From: Candidatus Aenigmatarchaeota archaeon
GTDB taxonomy: Archaea; Aenigmatarchaeota; Aenigmatarchaeia; QMZP01; QMZT01
Assembly (NCBI GenBank): GCA_026397315.1
Contig: JAPLVC010000001.1
Span: 32,001 to 96,000, forward strand
Direction of reading: 5' to 3'
DNA: 64,000 bases
Shown: in pieces, positions 38,317 through 47,470 of the stretch
Layout: each line of letters starts with the position of its first letter
Numbering within the stretch: the first letter of the stretch is position 1
Position numbers and translations under genes: made by a program
The notes under the pieces: model-generated
What the model was told of the DNA's origin: nothing
Database searches by the model: none
The model's input: only the letters and a program-made list of their open reading frames with translations

Positions 38317-40086
38317 TTAGTTGAAAATTCTCATTTCTGGTTTCTTGTGCTTTGGATTTTTCATGGTTTCTATCAACTTTTCTCTTAATGCCGGTTTGTA
38401 AGCACAATTGATTAAATAATTTTTTGTAACGAATAGAACACTAACCGCATCGGACATGATATCGGAAATAATCTTTTTGGATTTTCCATCAAGATTACCC
38501 TCATAAACTATTGTTATAGAATCTGATTTAACTTCATCAATGTAGGTCTGATATATGATAAATTCTTTGGGTATACTCTTGACATTGGTTAAGGGGTATC
38601 GCCATTCTCCTATACTCTTACATTCAACCAATGATTCTATGCCGTTCTTTATCAGCATGTCCGGATTATTTTCAAAGAAACGAGCGATGTATGATTTATG
38701 GCATCTATCTGCAAGCTGACCCTGATACTTAATCGCATTGAGTTTAAGAAGCCGAAGCAATATTGCAACTTCTTTCTCAAAATCGCTTCTGTATTGATTT
38801 AGAATTCCTGTTGAAGGTATAATCTTTTCAACCCTTTCCAAAACTGGGTCTTCTATTATCCTCGTGTTTTCAGAGAATTTGTTTACAATCCCGATTTTGA
38901 GTTTGTTATGTTCAGTTTCAAGCATAGATTTAAGCGTACTTATGGAATAAATTTCTGTCATCTTGATTACGTCACTAATACTCTTCGAATATAATTTTGA
39001 TAGTCGCTTAAGAATGCTAAATATTTCATCTTTATTTTCAGGAGGTACATCATATTCCAAAGTGAAATCTATTTCTGTATGAAGCGCTGAAAATCCTCTC
39101 TCAAACTTAATGTTATTTTCTTTAGTAAGAGCATGAAGGATATCTCTGACCTTCATTCTCACCAGACCGAACGCTATCTCTGAATCTAAAAATTTCGAGT
39201 TTATGTCGAGTTTAATATGCTTAAGAAAATCACAAAATATCAACAACGAAGCCTTCAAACTTTCGTGTTTTTTTAGGTCTATGAACCACAAAGGCGTCTT
39301 TTTTCTGTATATTTCAAGTATCTTCAAACCTCGGTCAGTTAAGGTGTACCATCTTCCTCTAACGCCCTCTATATCACTTGACGCAATAAGACCGAGGGAT
39401 TCGCACCAATCAAGGAGCGGTCTCATATTTCTACTCATATTAATTCGGTTTCTTTTGCTTATGGAAAAATCACTATAGAATTTTTCAATGGTAACCTTGT
39501 TCTTCTCTTTATATGCAGATACAGAACGCAATAATCTTTTTTCTGTCGAGCCCATGAGAACTGGGTCAGATTTTTTTGTCCCGCATTCTAAAGCAATTTG
39601 ATGTTCATGCAAACCAGCAACACTATTCAATAAACTAAGGATATACAAACACGGTCTTGAACGAATATCCAAATATTGACCACCAGATTGAATATCAAAT
39701 ACGTTGGTAATTTTCATTCGCATTAGTTTGTCGATAAATACAGATTCCTCGTTCTCATCATTTGGACATTCTTGGTCAAAGGTATACTTAGATAGCATCT
39801 TACCCGATTCTGTGCAAAAGTAGCGGAAAGGTCTGCCCTTTCTACTAATCAACCCCATATAAGAGGCTGTGAGCAAATGGTCCCTTGCCCTGCGCATTAT
39901 CCTATCTTTCATTTTTTCTTTTCTAAATTTGCTCAACTTTGATTCTGCGAGAACCTTTGCTATCTCCTTATCATTTGGGTATTTGCTTTTTTCATTCTCT
40001 TGGTAAACCGCATTAGATATTGTCCTAATCCTGAATATGTTATGGACTCTCGTAATTGGTTTCATGTATTCCTGTTTGCCAATCAT
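38317..40086 (-). CDS. Putative restriction endonuclease (wHTH-like N-terminal domains, C-terminal PD-(D/E)XK; type IIS-like layout)
   Basis: 'NPDMLI...LVECKS'; directly downstream of the MTase. Confidence 0.65.
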   Translation of the reverse strand: MIGKQEYMKPITRVHNIFRIRTISNAVYQENEKSKYPNDKEIAKVLAESKLSKFRKEKMKDRIMRRARDHLLTASYMGLISRKGRPFRYFCTESGKMLSKYTFDQECPNDENEESVFIDKLMRMKITNVFDIQSGGQYLDIRSRPCLYILSLLNSVAGLHEHQIALECGTKKSDPVLMGSTEKRLLRSVSAYKEKNKVTIEKFYSDFSISKRNRINMSRNMRPLLDWCESLGLIASSDIEGVRGRWYTLTDRGLKILEIYRKKTPLWFIDLKKHESLKASLLIFCDFLKHIKLDINSKFLDSEIAFGLVRMKVRDILHALTKENNIKFERGFSALHTEIDFTLEYDVPPENKDEIFSILKRLSKLYSKSISDVIKMTEIYSISTLKSMLETEHNKLKIGIVNKFSENTRIIEDPVLERVEKIIPSTGILNQYRSDFEKEVAILLRLLKLNAIKYQGQLADRCHKSYIARFFENNPDMLIKNGIESLVECKSIGEWRYPLTNVKSIPKEFIIYQTYIDEVKSDSITIVYEGNLDGKSKKIISDIMSDAVSVLFVTKNYLINCAYKPALREKLIETMKNPKHKKPEMRIFN

Positions 40087-40087
40087 A

Positions 40088-41365
40088 TCACACCTTCTGA
40101 AATATTACAATGCTTTCTCTCGAAATTGTCTCTCCAGTTGGAGTCTTCCAAGGTATCATTTTCATAGGTATTTTTCGGAAGAAACTATTAACATGTCTGA
40201 ACCCTGCCGCATTACCAAGCTCAACCGTGACCTTTTCCATGTCTAAAGATCTTTTTCTTATCATTCTGTCACCGACAACAACGCAGTAGTATGCTCCATC
40301 TTTAACTATTCGATAAACTTCCTCAAAAGTTTTCAGATAGTCAAAAAAGAAAGGTAAAGCATCTATCACTCTTTCTTCATCCGTTTTGGCAAGTTCATAT
40401 AATACATTTATTGTTGTTTTTGATGGTAACTCTTTTAGTCTGCCTACGACATCTTTATTGACCATTGAACCCAAAGCGTTCTTTTCGGCTTTATTCATCG
40501 AACCATGATTCATTTTTAGCCAAGCAACAGAAAGTTTTGACCATCTTGCGTAGCCTATGGTATTTTTCTCCTCTCCATATGGAGGTGAAGTTATAGAACA
40601 ATCGAATTCATTGTCCTTGAATGGGAGTTTTCTTGCATCATTTTTTGTGATTCTGACTGTGGGTATTCTTTTTAATCCAAGTTTTTCTATTTCTCTTACG
40701 AACTCGTTCATCATTTTCAGAGAGTCAAATGTGTTTTTGCTGAAAACCGCAAAAGTATTGGGTTTGAATTTTGACAATTCATCCGGCTGTAATATTCTAA
40801 TGAATCTGCTGGAACGATGGTCTATGTTCGACACATCGAACACTGTTTTTGAGAAAACTACCTTGAGAAAATCTTTTATATCATCATTTTTTACTTTGTT
40901 TATCTCATTCAAAATAAAATCCAACCGACAGGCAACGTCTTCCCTAAACCAATGTAGAAGATTGGGCAATATATCCTTCGGTGGTTCGATAAGTTTATTG
41001 GTTTTAAACCCGTCGTTAATGCCAGAAAGAAAATCTGTCATATTAAAATTTAACTTCCTGAATTCGATGGGTGTTGATTTTACTTTTGTGAGTAAAACAG
41101 CAAGAGGATTTATGTCATTACCAACCGAGTTTCTCCTCAGAAGCAAAGATTCGACAAGTACCGTACCACTACCACAAAAAGGGTCGAGAATAGTATCGTC
41201 TTCCTTAGAATAGACTTTAATCAATCTATTTGCTATTTGTGGTATCATCCTGGCTGGATACTTATGTATTCCATGAGTAAGATAACTCGTATCAGCTCCA
41301 GCAAAATCCCAATCTTCTATCTTTTTCCCACTCAATGTAGTTTGTGCGGTTTTCCTATTCTTCAT
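40088..41365 (-). CDS. DNA methyltransferase, probably N4-cytosine
   Basis: 'HKYPARMIP', motif I 'DPFCGSGT', motif IV 'TSPPY'. Confidence 0.9.
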   Translation of the reverse strand: MKNRKTAQTTLSGKKIEDWDFAGADTSYLTHGIHKYPARMIPQIANRLIKVYSKEDDTILDPFCGSGTVLVESLLLRRNSVGNDINPLAVLLTKVKSTPIEFRKLNFNMTDFLSGINDGFKTNKLIEPPKDILPNLLHWFREDVACRLDFILNEINKVKNDDIKDFLKVVFSKTVFDVSNIDHRSSRFIRILQPDELSKFKPNTFAVFSKNTFDSLKMMNEFVREIEKLGLKRIPTVRITKNDARKLPFKDNEFDCSITSPPYGEEKNTIGYARWSKLSVAWLKMNHGSMNKAEKNALGSMVNKDVVGRLKELPSKTTINVLYELAKTDEERVIDALPFFFDYLKTFEEVYRIVKDGAYYCVVVGDRMIRKRSLDMEKVTVELGNAAGFRHVNSFFRKIPMKMIPWKTPTGETISRESIVIFQKV

Positions 41366-41638
41366 GAAATATTGTTATGTTAATTGCTTAAAAACCAAAT
41401 TTTACAGTACATGAATAACAATAAAATATTTGATTTTCAAATTTGACATTTTTCTTTTATACAAAAATGTTTAAACATATCTTTTTATAACGTACAGATA
41501 ACCCTAAAATATGCACGCAAGCTCTGAACTCAATGTGGACAAAAGTATTGTAGATTCTATAGCTGAAATCACAAAGAGAGTTATCAGAGAAGATTCTCTG
41601 GAAATAAGAACTTTACCTAAAAACAAAGGGATAGTGAA

Positions 41639-42118
41639 ATGAAGAACGTTGGTGACTACGGAGAAAAGATGGTTAGGGATATCCTAAGAAGAAAGGGATT
41701 TAACGCTAAAATCAAGGGAAAACGAACTCACGGTTATGATTTAGCCGTCAAAAAAAATGATAAGAAGACAGAAGTACAGGTTAAAACTATTCAAAAAGGG
41801 AAATTATTTCAGTTGACAGTAACGAATTTTCTTAAAATCGACATCATCGACGGAAAACAGAAGGTAAAAGGAAAAAATGATATCGGCTTGGATATTCCAT
41901 GGGTATTCGTGAAAAAAATTAAAAATGGTAATGAGTTTTTCATTCTTAGCAAATCGAACGTGCAGGATATCGTCTTGAGGAGCTATAGAGCAATGCTGAT
42001 AAAAAATAAGGGTTTTAGACCTCAAAATCATTACTCCTTTCATTGTACAATCGATGCAGACAAATTGACAAAATGGAAGAATAATTGGAAGCTTATAAAA
42101 AATAGCCTCCACCCGTAA
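41639..42118 (+). CDS. PD-(D/E)XK endonuclease
   Basis: 'GDYGE', 'GYDL', 'EVQVKT'. Confidence 0.75.
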   Translation: MKNVGDYGEKMVRDILRRKGFNAKIKGKRTHGYDLAVKKNDKKTEVQVKTIQKGKLFQLTVTNFLKIDIIDGKQKVKGKNDIGLDIPWVFVKKIKNGNEFFILSKSNVQDIVLRSYRAMLIKNKGFRPQNHYSFHCTIDADKLTKWKNNWKLIKNSLHP

Positions 42119-42180
42119 CGAGTAGTTCAAAACAGCAAGTATCTATGTATTAAAATAGAAAAATTATACATGATGATAGA

Positions 42181-43278
42181 ATGAAAACAGTAAAGTTAAT
42201 ACACACATCAGATTTACACCTTGGGAAAACATTCAGTGAGCTAGGGGATGAGTCAAAGCTCCATAGAAATGATTGTCAAAACGTGTTTTCAAACATTATT
42301 GACTTGTGCATAAAAGAAAAGGTAAATGCACTGCTTATTGCTGGTGACCTGTTTGATAGTCCAGAACCTAATAAATCGCTAGTAAAATTTGTTATCGGAG
42401 AATTCGAAAGACTAAAAAACGAGAAAATTAGCGTTTTTATCTCATCCGGTAACCATGATCCATACAAAAAGGGGAGCGTCTGGCTTGAGCATAGATTTCC
42501 ATCGAATGTAATAGTTTTCAGTTCTGTCGATATGGAAGCCAAGGAGCTTGATGGAATAACAATATACGGGTTAGCTTATACAAACGATGCAAAAGAGCCG
42601 ATGAAGAACTTTGAGGCTGAAGATTCCGATAACTTCAAGGTTGGTTTGGTTCATGGCTCTACGACGGATATCAATTGGAATGAAGAGCCTGAAGCCGGAT
42701 ATAGGAGAATAACAAAAACTGACGTGGACAACTGCAAACTAGACTATGTCGCACTCGGTCATTTTCATGACATTATAGAAATCAAAAGCAAAACGAGGTG
42801 TTTCTATTCAGGCTCACCAGAGCCATTATCATTCAAAAACAAAGGAGATTCTTGTGTTCTATTGGTTACCCATGTAGATGGTAAAACTGTCGTTAAACCC
42901 ATAAAAACTAACATCAAGACATTCGAAACTTTGGAGATAGACTGCACAAATATGGAGTCAGACTCTGACATAAGAAAAATTCTTGAGAAAAATTCTGGTG
43001 AAAACAAGATTTTAAGACTAGTAATAACGGGCAGTCCATCTCTTGACTTGAATCTGGATAAAGAATTTCTTAAAAAGGAATTTGAGTCCAAGTACTTTTG
43101 CCTAAAAGTTGTTGATAATGTTCATTTACCTGAGAATCTAACCGAAGATGAGACAATCAGAGGACACTTCATCAGATTGGTTAAATCGGAAATAGATAAA
43201 GAGAAAGACTCTGAAAAGAAAAAAAGGCTTGAAAATGCTCTCAGACTGGGCGTAGGCTATCTGGATAAAAAACTGTGA
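42181..43278 (+). CDS. Mre11/SbcD (YhaO-like) metallophosphoesterase nuclease
   Basis: DLHLG, AGDLFD, GNHD, HG, ALGHFH, YSGSPE. Confidence 0.92.
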   Translation: MKTVKLIHTSDLHLGKTFSELGDESKLHRNDCQNVFSNIIDLCIKEKVNALLIAGDLFDSPEPNKSLVKFVIGEFERLKNEKISVFISSGNHDPYKKGSVWLEHRFPSNVIVFSSVDMEAKELDGITIYGLAYTNDAKEPMKNFEAEDSDNFKVGLVHGSTTDINWNEEPEAGYRRITKTDVDNCKLDYVALGHFHDIIEIKSKTRCFYSGSPEPLSFKNKGDSCVLLVTHVDGKTVVKPIKTNIKTFETLEIDCTNMESDSDIRKILEKNSGENKILRLVITGSPSLDLNLDKEFLKKEFESKYFCLKVVDNVHLPENLTEDETIRGHFIRLVKSEIDKEKDSEKKKRLENALRLGVGYLDKKL

Positions 43279-43282
43279 ATGT

Positions 43283-45004
43283 ATGGTTCAACTACTAAGG
43301 CTCGATGTTGAAGGATTTGGGAAGTTCGATAGACACAAAACCATCAATTTTGAAAACGGCATAAATTTTATTACAGGACTAAACGAGACTGGCAAGAGCA
43401 CCATTCTTGAAGCAATTATGGCATCTATTTTCAAATACACCAGAGGTCAAATCGAACAGTTTCTATGCTGGAAAAATAATGATGTGTGCCGAACTGCCCT
43501 TACGTACAAGACAGAAAAAGGCGAAACATTCAAGATAACTTCGGACTACAAGTCTGGGAGAAGAAGACTTGACAAAATAAAGAAAGGCAATTCTGAAGAA
43601 ATAGCGACTCTGGACAAAACAATCGAGCCTTTCATAAAGAAACACTTCGGTTTTGATGACAAGAAAGTATTCGAGAATACCGCCTTCATAAGACAGTCTC
43701 AAATGGCTATCTTAGATGATAATTCTGTTAGAAATAAGATTAAGGACATGATTGAAGAGGTATTTGCCGGCAGAGCTGAGGCATCGGCAACAAAGGCGCT
43801 CGCAAAAATAAGAAAGATAGCAAAAGATGCGACAAAGGAAACAGAGGTTCTTGAAGCGGAACAACACGAGCTAAAGAAAAATCTCAGGTCGGCGGAGGAT
43901 AAAAGAGAATCTGTTTCTAGAGACAGCGGAGAGTTTGAGAAGGTAGACAAACAACTCAATGAGAAGAGCAAGGAACTTGAAAAACAACAGAAAAACAAGA
44001 AACTCTTCGATGAAAAAGAAAAACTACTGAAGGAAAAGGAACATCTGGACGAACAGATGACAAAGGTCGATGAGTTGTTAGAAACGCTTTCTGAGGGAAA
44101 AGAACCCCAGAGAGAACAACCTTCCAACAAGAAAACAACCAGTGTCATTTTAATGGTCATAGGTGGTTTGCTCTCGATTACTGTAATAGGAGCAATAATA
44201 GGCATTCCGTTGATAATCTGGGGAATTATGAAATTAAGAAAGAAAGAAGTAGCGATTAAACCGATAAAAAGTGACGACGAAAAAATATCCAAATACAGAA
44301 AGGAAAAGAAGGAAATCCTCAACAAAAAAGCGGTCATTGAAACGAGACTAGAAGAGTATAGTCTAGTAAATTTTAATATAAATGATTTCGACGAACTTGA
44401 GACTCTTAAAAAAGATGTGGACTCGCTGAAGGAGAAAAAAACAGAACTAAAGACTAGCATCAAAACCACGACCTCTCTTGTAGAGAGTCCTGAAGATGTA
44501 AGAGAAATACTAGATGCGAATAAAGAAAAGCGACTCGGTTTTATTATGAAAATCGAGGAGCACGAACTAGCAGCAAAATTCTTGGAGATGGCTGAATCAG
44601 AAGTACATCACAAATTAACTCCAGCCATTGAGAAAAATTCCAAACCCATTTTAAAGAAAATAACGAACGAGAGGTACTCCGATTTAAGGGTGGAGGAGGA
44701 TACCCTCGATATCAAAATCAAGGCTCCCGAAATTAAAGATTATGTTGACGTGTTCTTTCTTAGTCAAGGCGCAAGAGACCAGTTATATTTCGTGTTAAGA
44801 GTAGTAATGTCAGATTTGCTTGGAGGAGAAGCAAACATACCTCTCATACTTGACGACCCTTTCCATAACTTTGACGACCCGAGACTAAGGAATACAATCG
44901 ACACTCTAAAACAAATCGCTAAAAACAAACAAATAATTTTGATTTCCCATAGACCTTATCATCATGAATTCAAAACTGTTTGCGATAATGTTGTTGAGTT
45001 ATGA
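43283..45004 (+). CDS. Rad50/SbcC-like SMC ATPase (YhaN-like) with central TM hairpin
   Basis: Walker A 'GLNETGKST', signature 'LSQG', Walker B 'LILDDPF', H-loop 'ISH'; hydrophobic 'VILMVIGGLLSITVIGAIIGIPLIIWGI' at the coiled-coil apex. Confidence 0.88.
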   Translation: MVQLLRLDVEGFGKFDRHKTINFENGINFITGLNETGKSTILEAIMASIFKYTRGQIEQFLCWKNNDVCRTALTYKTEKGETFKITSDYKSGRRRLDKIKKGNSEEIATLDKTIEPFIKKHFGFDDKKVFENTAFIRQSQMAILDDNSVRNKIKDMIEEVFAGRAEASATKALAKIRKIAKDATKETEVLEAEQHELKKNLRSAEDKRESVSRDSGEFEKVDKQLNEKSKELEKQQKNKKLFDEKEKLLKEKEHLDEQMTKVDELLETLSEGKEPQREQPSNKKTTSVILMVIGGLLSITVIGAIIGIPLIIWGIMKLRKKEVAIKPIKSDDEKISKYRKEKKEILNKKAVIETRLEEYSLVNFNINDFDELETLKKDVDSLKEKKTELKTSIKTTTSLVESPEDVREILDANKEKRLGFIMKIEEHELAAKFLEMAESEVHHKLTPAIEKNSKPILKKITNERYSDLRVEEDTLDIKIKAPEIKDYVDVFFLSQGARDQLYFVLRVVMSDLLGGEANIPLILDDPFHNFDDPRLRNTIDTLKQIAKNKQIILISHRPYHHEFKTVCDNVVEL

Positions 45005-46386
45005 AAAAATTTGATTTGAACATCGAGAAGGTACTTGAAGATTGGGAAGTTTTTCACGCGTTGAGGGAAGTTATAGCCAATGCGATTGACGAACAACTGC
45101 TGACAAAAACGAAGGAAATTCAAATTTTGAAGGATAAACATAATAAATGGCACATACGAGATTTTGGAAGAGGGCTAAAATACGAGCATCTAACACAGAA
45201 TGAATGTGAGGAGAAGTTAAAACATCCAGAGTTAGTTATCGGAAAGTTTGGCGTTGGCTTAAAGGACGCTCTGGCTACGTTCGAGAGGAGAAAAATCAAA
45301 GTCATAATAAAATCGAGACATGACGACATAACTCTTGGAATGTCTTCAAAGCACGGATTTGAAGATATGTTGACCTTACATGCGTTTATCTCGGAGCCCT
45401 CGGACAAAAATTTAATAGGAACGGAGTTTATTTTTGAGGGAGTAAAGGACAAAGACATAGAACTAGCAAAGGAGTTCTTTTTAAAATTCTCTGAGGAAAC
45501 CTTATTGGAAGATACGCCGCTTGGACAAGTCCTTAGAAAAGGTAAATCCAAAGCCAAAATATTCATTAATGGTTTAAGAGTTGCTGAAGAAGAAAATTTC
45601 CTATTTTCTTATAACATAACTTCCCTGACCAAAGCCATGAGAAAGGCACTAAACAGGGAAAGAACCCATGTTGGTAGAACAGCATATACGGATAGAATAA
45701 AGTCTATCCTTCTAGAGTGTAAGAAAAAAGAGGTTGCTGAATTATTGGTCGACGATTTGGACAACTTTGAAACGGGAAATTTGCACGACGAATTAGCTTG
45801 GGTTGATGTTTCTGCTCATGCCTGTAAACTGTTAAACGCTGCAGAGAAGGTAGTGTTTTTAACCTCATCTGAATTGATTCGAGCCAAGGATATGGTAGAT
45901 AGGGCTAAGAATGATGGCTTTGACATTGTAATGGTTCCCGAAAACGTAAAACAGAAGATAAGGGGAATTAAAGACCTTGAGGGGAATGTGATAAGAGACC
46001 TGGAAGAATACAGAGCAGAGTGGAATGAAAGTTTTGAATTCAAATTTGTCAAAGAAAAAGAGTTAACAAAACAGGAAAGAGAAGTGTTTTCTAAAACAGA
46101 TTTGATACTAAAGCTAATTGGCGGGAGACCAAAAAACGTAAAAGATATATTAATTTCCGAGACAATGAGACTAGAAACTATGGGTTATAGCGAAGCAGTT
46201 GGATTATGGGAAGCGGATAACCAACGAATAATTATTAAAAGGGAACAGCTTAGAAACTTAAGACCGTACGCAGGAACGCTTTTACATGAAGTAGCGCATG
46301 CAATAAGTGGCGCGTCTGATATTTCCAGAGAATTTGAAAATGAACTAACTAAAGTTATAGGCATTGTTTCATCAGAAAAACTATGA
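45001..46386 (+). CDS. GHKL ATPase (MPN635-like N-terminus) with C-terminal HEXXH motif
   Basis: 'REVIANAIDE', 'DFGRG', 'GKFGVG', 'GT'; C-terminal 'LLHEVAH...EFE'. Confidence 0.75.
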   Translation: MKKFDLNIEKVLEDWEVFHALREVIANAIDEQLLTKTKEIQILKDKHNKWHIRDFGRGLKYEHLTQNECEEKLKHPELVIGKFGVGLKDALATFERRKIKVIIKSRHDDITLGMSSKHGFEDMLTLHAFISEPSDKNLIGTEFIFEGVKDKDIELAKEFFLKFSEETLLEDTPLGQVLRKGKSKAKIFINGLRVAEEENFLFSYNITSLTKAMRKALNRERTHVGRTAYTDRIKSILLECKKKEVAELLVDDLDNFETGNLHDELAWVDVSAHACKLLNAAEKVVFLTSSELIRAKDMVDRAKNDGFDIVMVPENVKQKIRGIKDLEGNVIRDLEEYRAEWNESFEFKFVKEKELTKQEREVFSKTDLILKLIGGRPKNVKDILISETMRLETMGYSEAVGLWEADNQRIIIKREQLRNLRPYAGTLLHEVAHAISGASDISREFENELTKVIGIVSSEKL

Positions 46387-46478
46387 CATCAAACTTTGAT
46401 TATTTATTTTCGGAATATATCTTTACCTAATAAGCCTGCTAAACGACCTTTTCATTAAGGAGAAAAACACAAAAAGAA

Positions 46479-46817
46479 CTACTTTTTGCCAATAATTATG
46501 TTCAATCTATACTGCTTATCTATTTTCGGGTCAACCTTGAAATCCCACATTATTGCGGAATCCTTGCCTGCTTTGAACGATTCTACGATGTTATCAGCAA
46601 TTTCCTTATTGACTAAATCCTTACTTTTTGCCGTGAAGTTCAGCAAAATCCCCGTTGCATTTCTTTTGATTTTTGTTAGCTCTTTCATAGCCGCTTGTTC
46701 AATATCATCACTTTCGATTATCACCTGTGAGATGGAATTTGCTGACGATAATAAAGTCATTAAGTCTGCCTTATCGAACCTCTTTCCTAAAATCTCATCT
46801 TTTATTATCCTATCCAT
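46479..46817 (-). CDS. Stand-alone FtsZ C-terminal (T7 loop + C-terminal fold) domain protein
   Basis: Colinear by eye with the host FtsZ C-terminal half: RFDKAD~NLDFAD, ESD~ESD, ATGILLNF~ATGALINV, AIMW...DP~IIWG...DP, IIIGKK~IITGVK. Confidence 0.7.
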   Translation of the reverse strand: MDRIIKDEILGKRFDKADLMTLLSSANSISQVIIESDDIEQAAMKELTKIKRNATGILLNFTAKSKDLVNKEIADNIVESFKAGKDSAIMWDFKVDPKIDKQYRLNIIIGKK

Positions 46818-46948
46818 ATTTACCGCCCCCTTAATTATTTAGTAAAGCGAAATATATTGCATACTTTTTGATACCTATTTTAGCTAAAGGGGTAAGCAAA
46901 ACGACCCTTTTATTAGGGAGAAAATAGGCTTTTTGCTAAATCTCAGTT

Positions 46949-47464
46949 TTATTTTATCCTATCAGTATGTTCATGTACAATTTTCCTTCGCTTCGTATTT
47001 ATCTTCTCTTTATTCTTATGGTAATAATCAAGATGATATTTTCGATACCATTCTTTGTACCTTTCCTTATATTTTTTGTCCCGAGCCTTTACATAAGGTC
47101 TTTTTGCGTATTCCTTTCTGTATTGCTTTATTTTCTCCGTGTTCTCAGGTTTCGAAACGTACTCTTTGAAGCGGACTTTTTGGCGTTCTTTGTGTTCTTT
47201 ATTGTATTTTTGATGATACTTCTGGTACCATTCATTCTTTTCTTGTTTCCGCTTCTTGTCGGCTTTCCTAAATTTAGGACTTCGGACATATTTTTTGTTA
47301 TATTTCTTCCTTTTCTCCTTGTTTTCAGTATTTGAAAGATAAGCCTTCAGATATGCTTTCTTCTTTTCTTTGTTTTTCTGATAGTATTGTTTCATATGAG
47401 TAAGTAATCTTTCTTTGTTTCGCAGATAATATTGACGATTGTATTCAGTTAAATCTTTAGGCAT
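46949..47464 (-). CDS. Lys/Tyr/Arg-rich low-complexity helical repeat protein
   Basis: Repeated 'Y[YH]..NKE' units; no catalytic domain seen. Confidence 0.55.
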   Translation of the reverse strand: MPKDLTEYNRQYYLRNKERLLTHMKQYYQKNKEKKKAYLKAYLSNTENKEKRKKYNKKYVRSPKFRKADKKRKQEKNEWYQKYHQKYNKEHKERQKVRFKEYVSKPENTEKIKQYRKEYAKRPYVKARDKKYKERYKEWYRKYHLDYYHKNKEKINTKRRKIVHEHTDRIK

Positions 47465-47470
47465 ATTTTC

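Noticed and set aside
41511-41642. 43-aa ORF before the PD-(D/E)XK gene (possible RM controller protein)
   Set aside because: No HTH motif; too short to call.
42181-45004. Housekeeping mre11-rad50 operon
   Set aside because: Inside the AT-rich island, no herA/nurA, no zinc hook, short coiled coil.
46820-47464. Disrupted N-terminal half of an ftsZ upstream of the FtsZ-CTD gene
   Set aside because: No GGGTGTG or GxGGxG remnants seen; the upstream DNA is a promoter-like spacer and an unrelated Y/K-rich ORF.
46949-47464. HNH endonuclease
   Set aside because: Only the linker-like repeats are present; no HNH or CxxC motifs.
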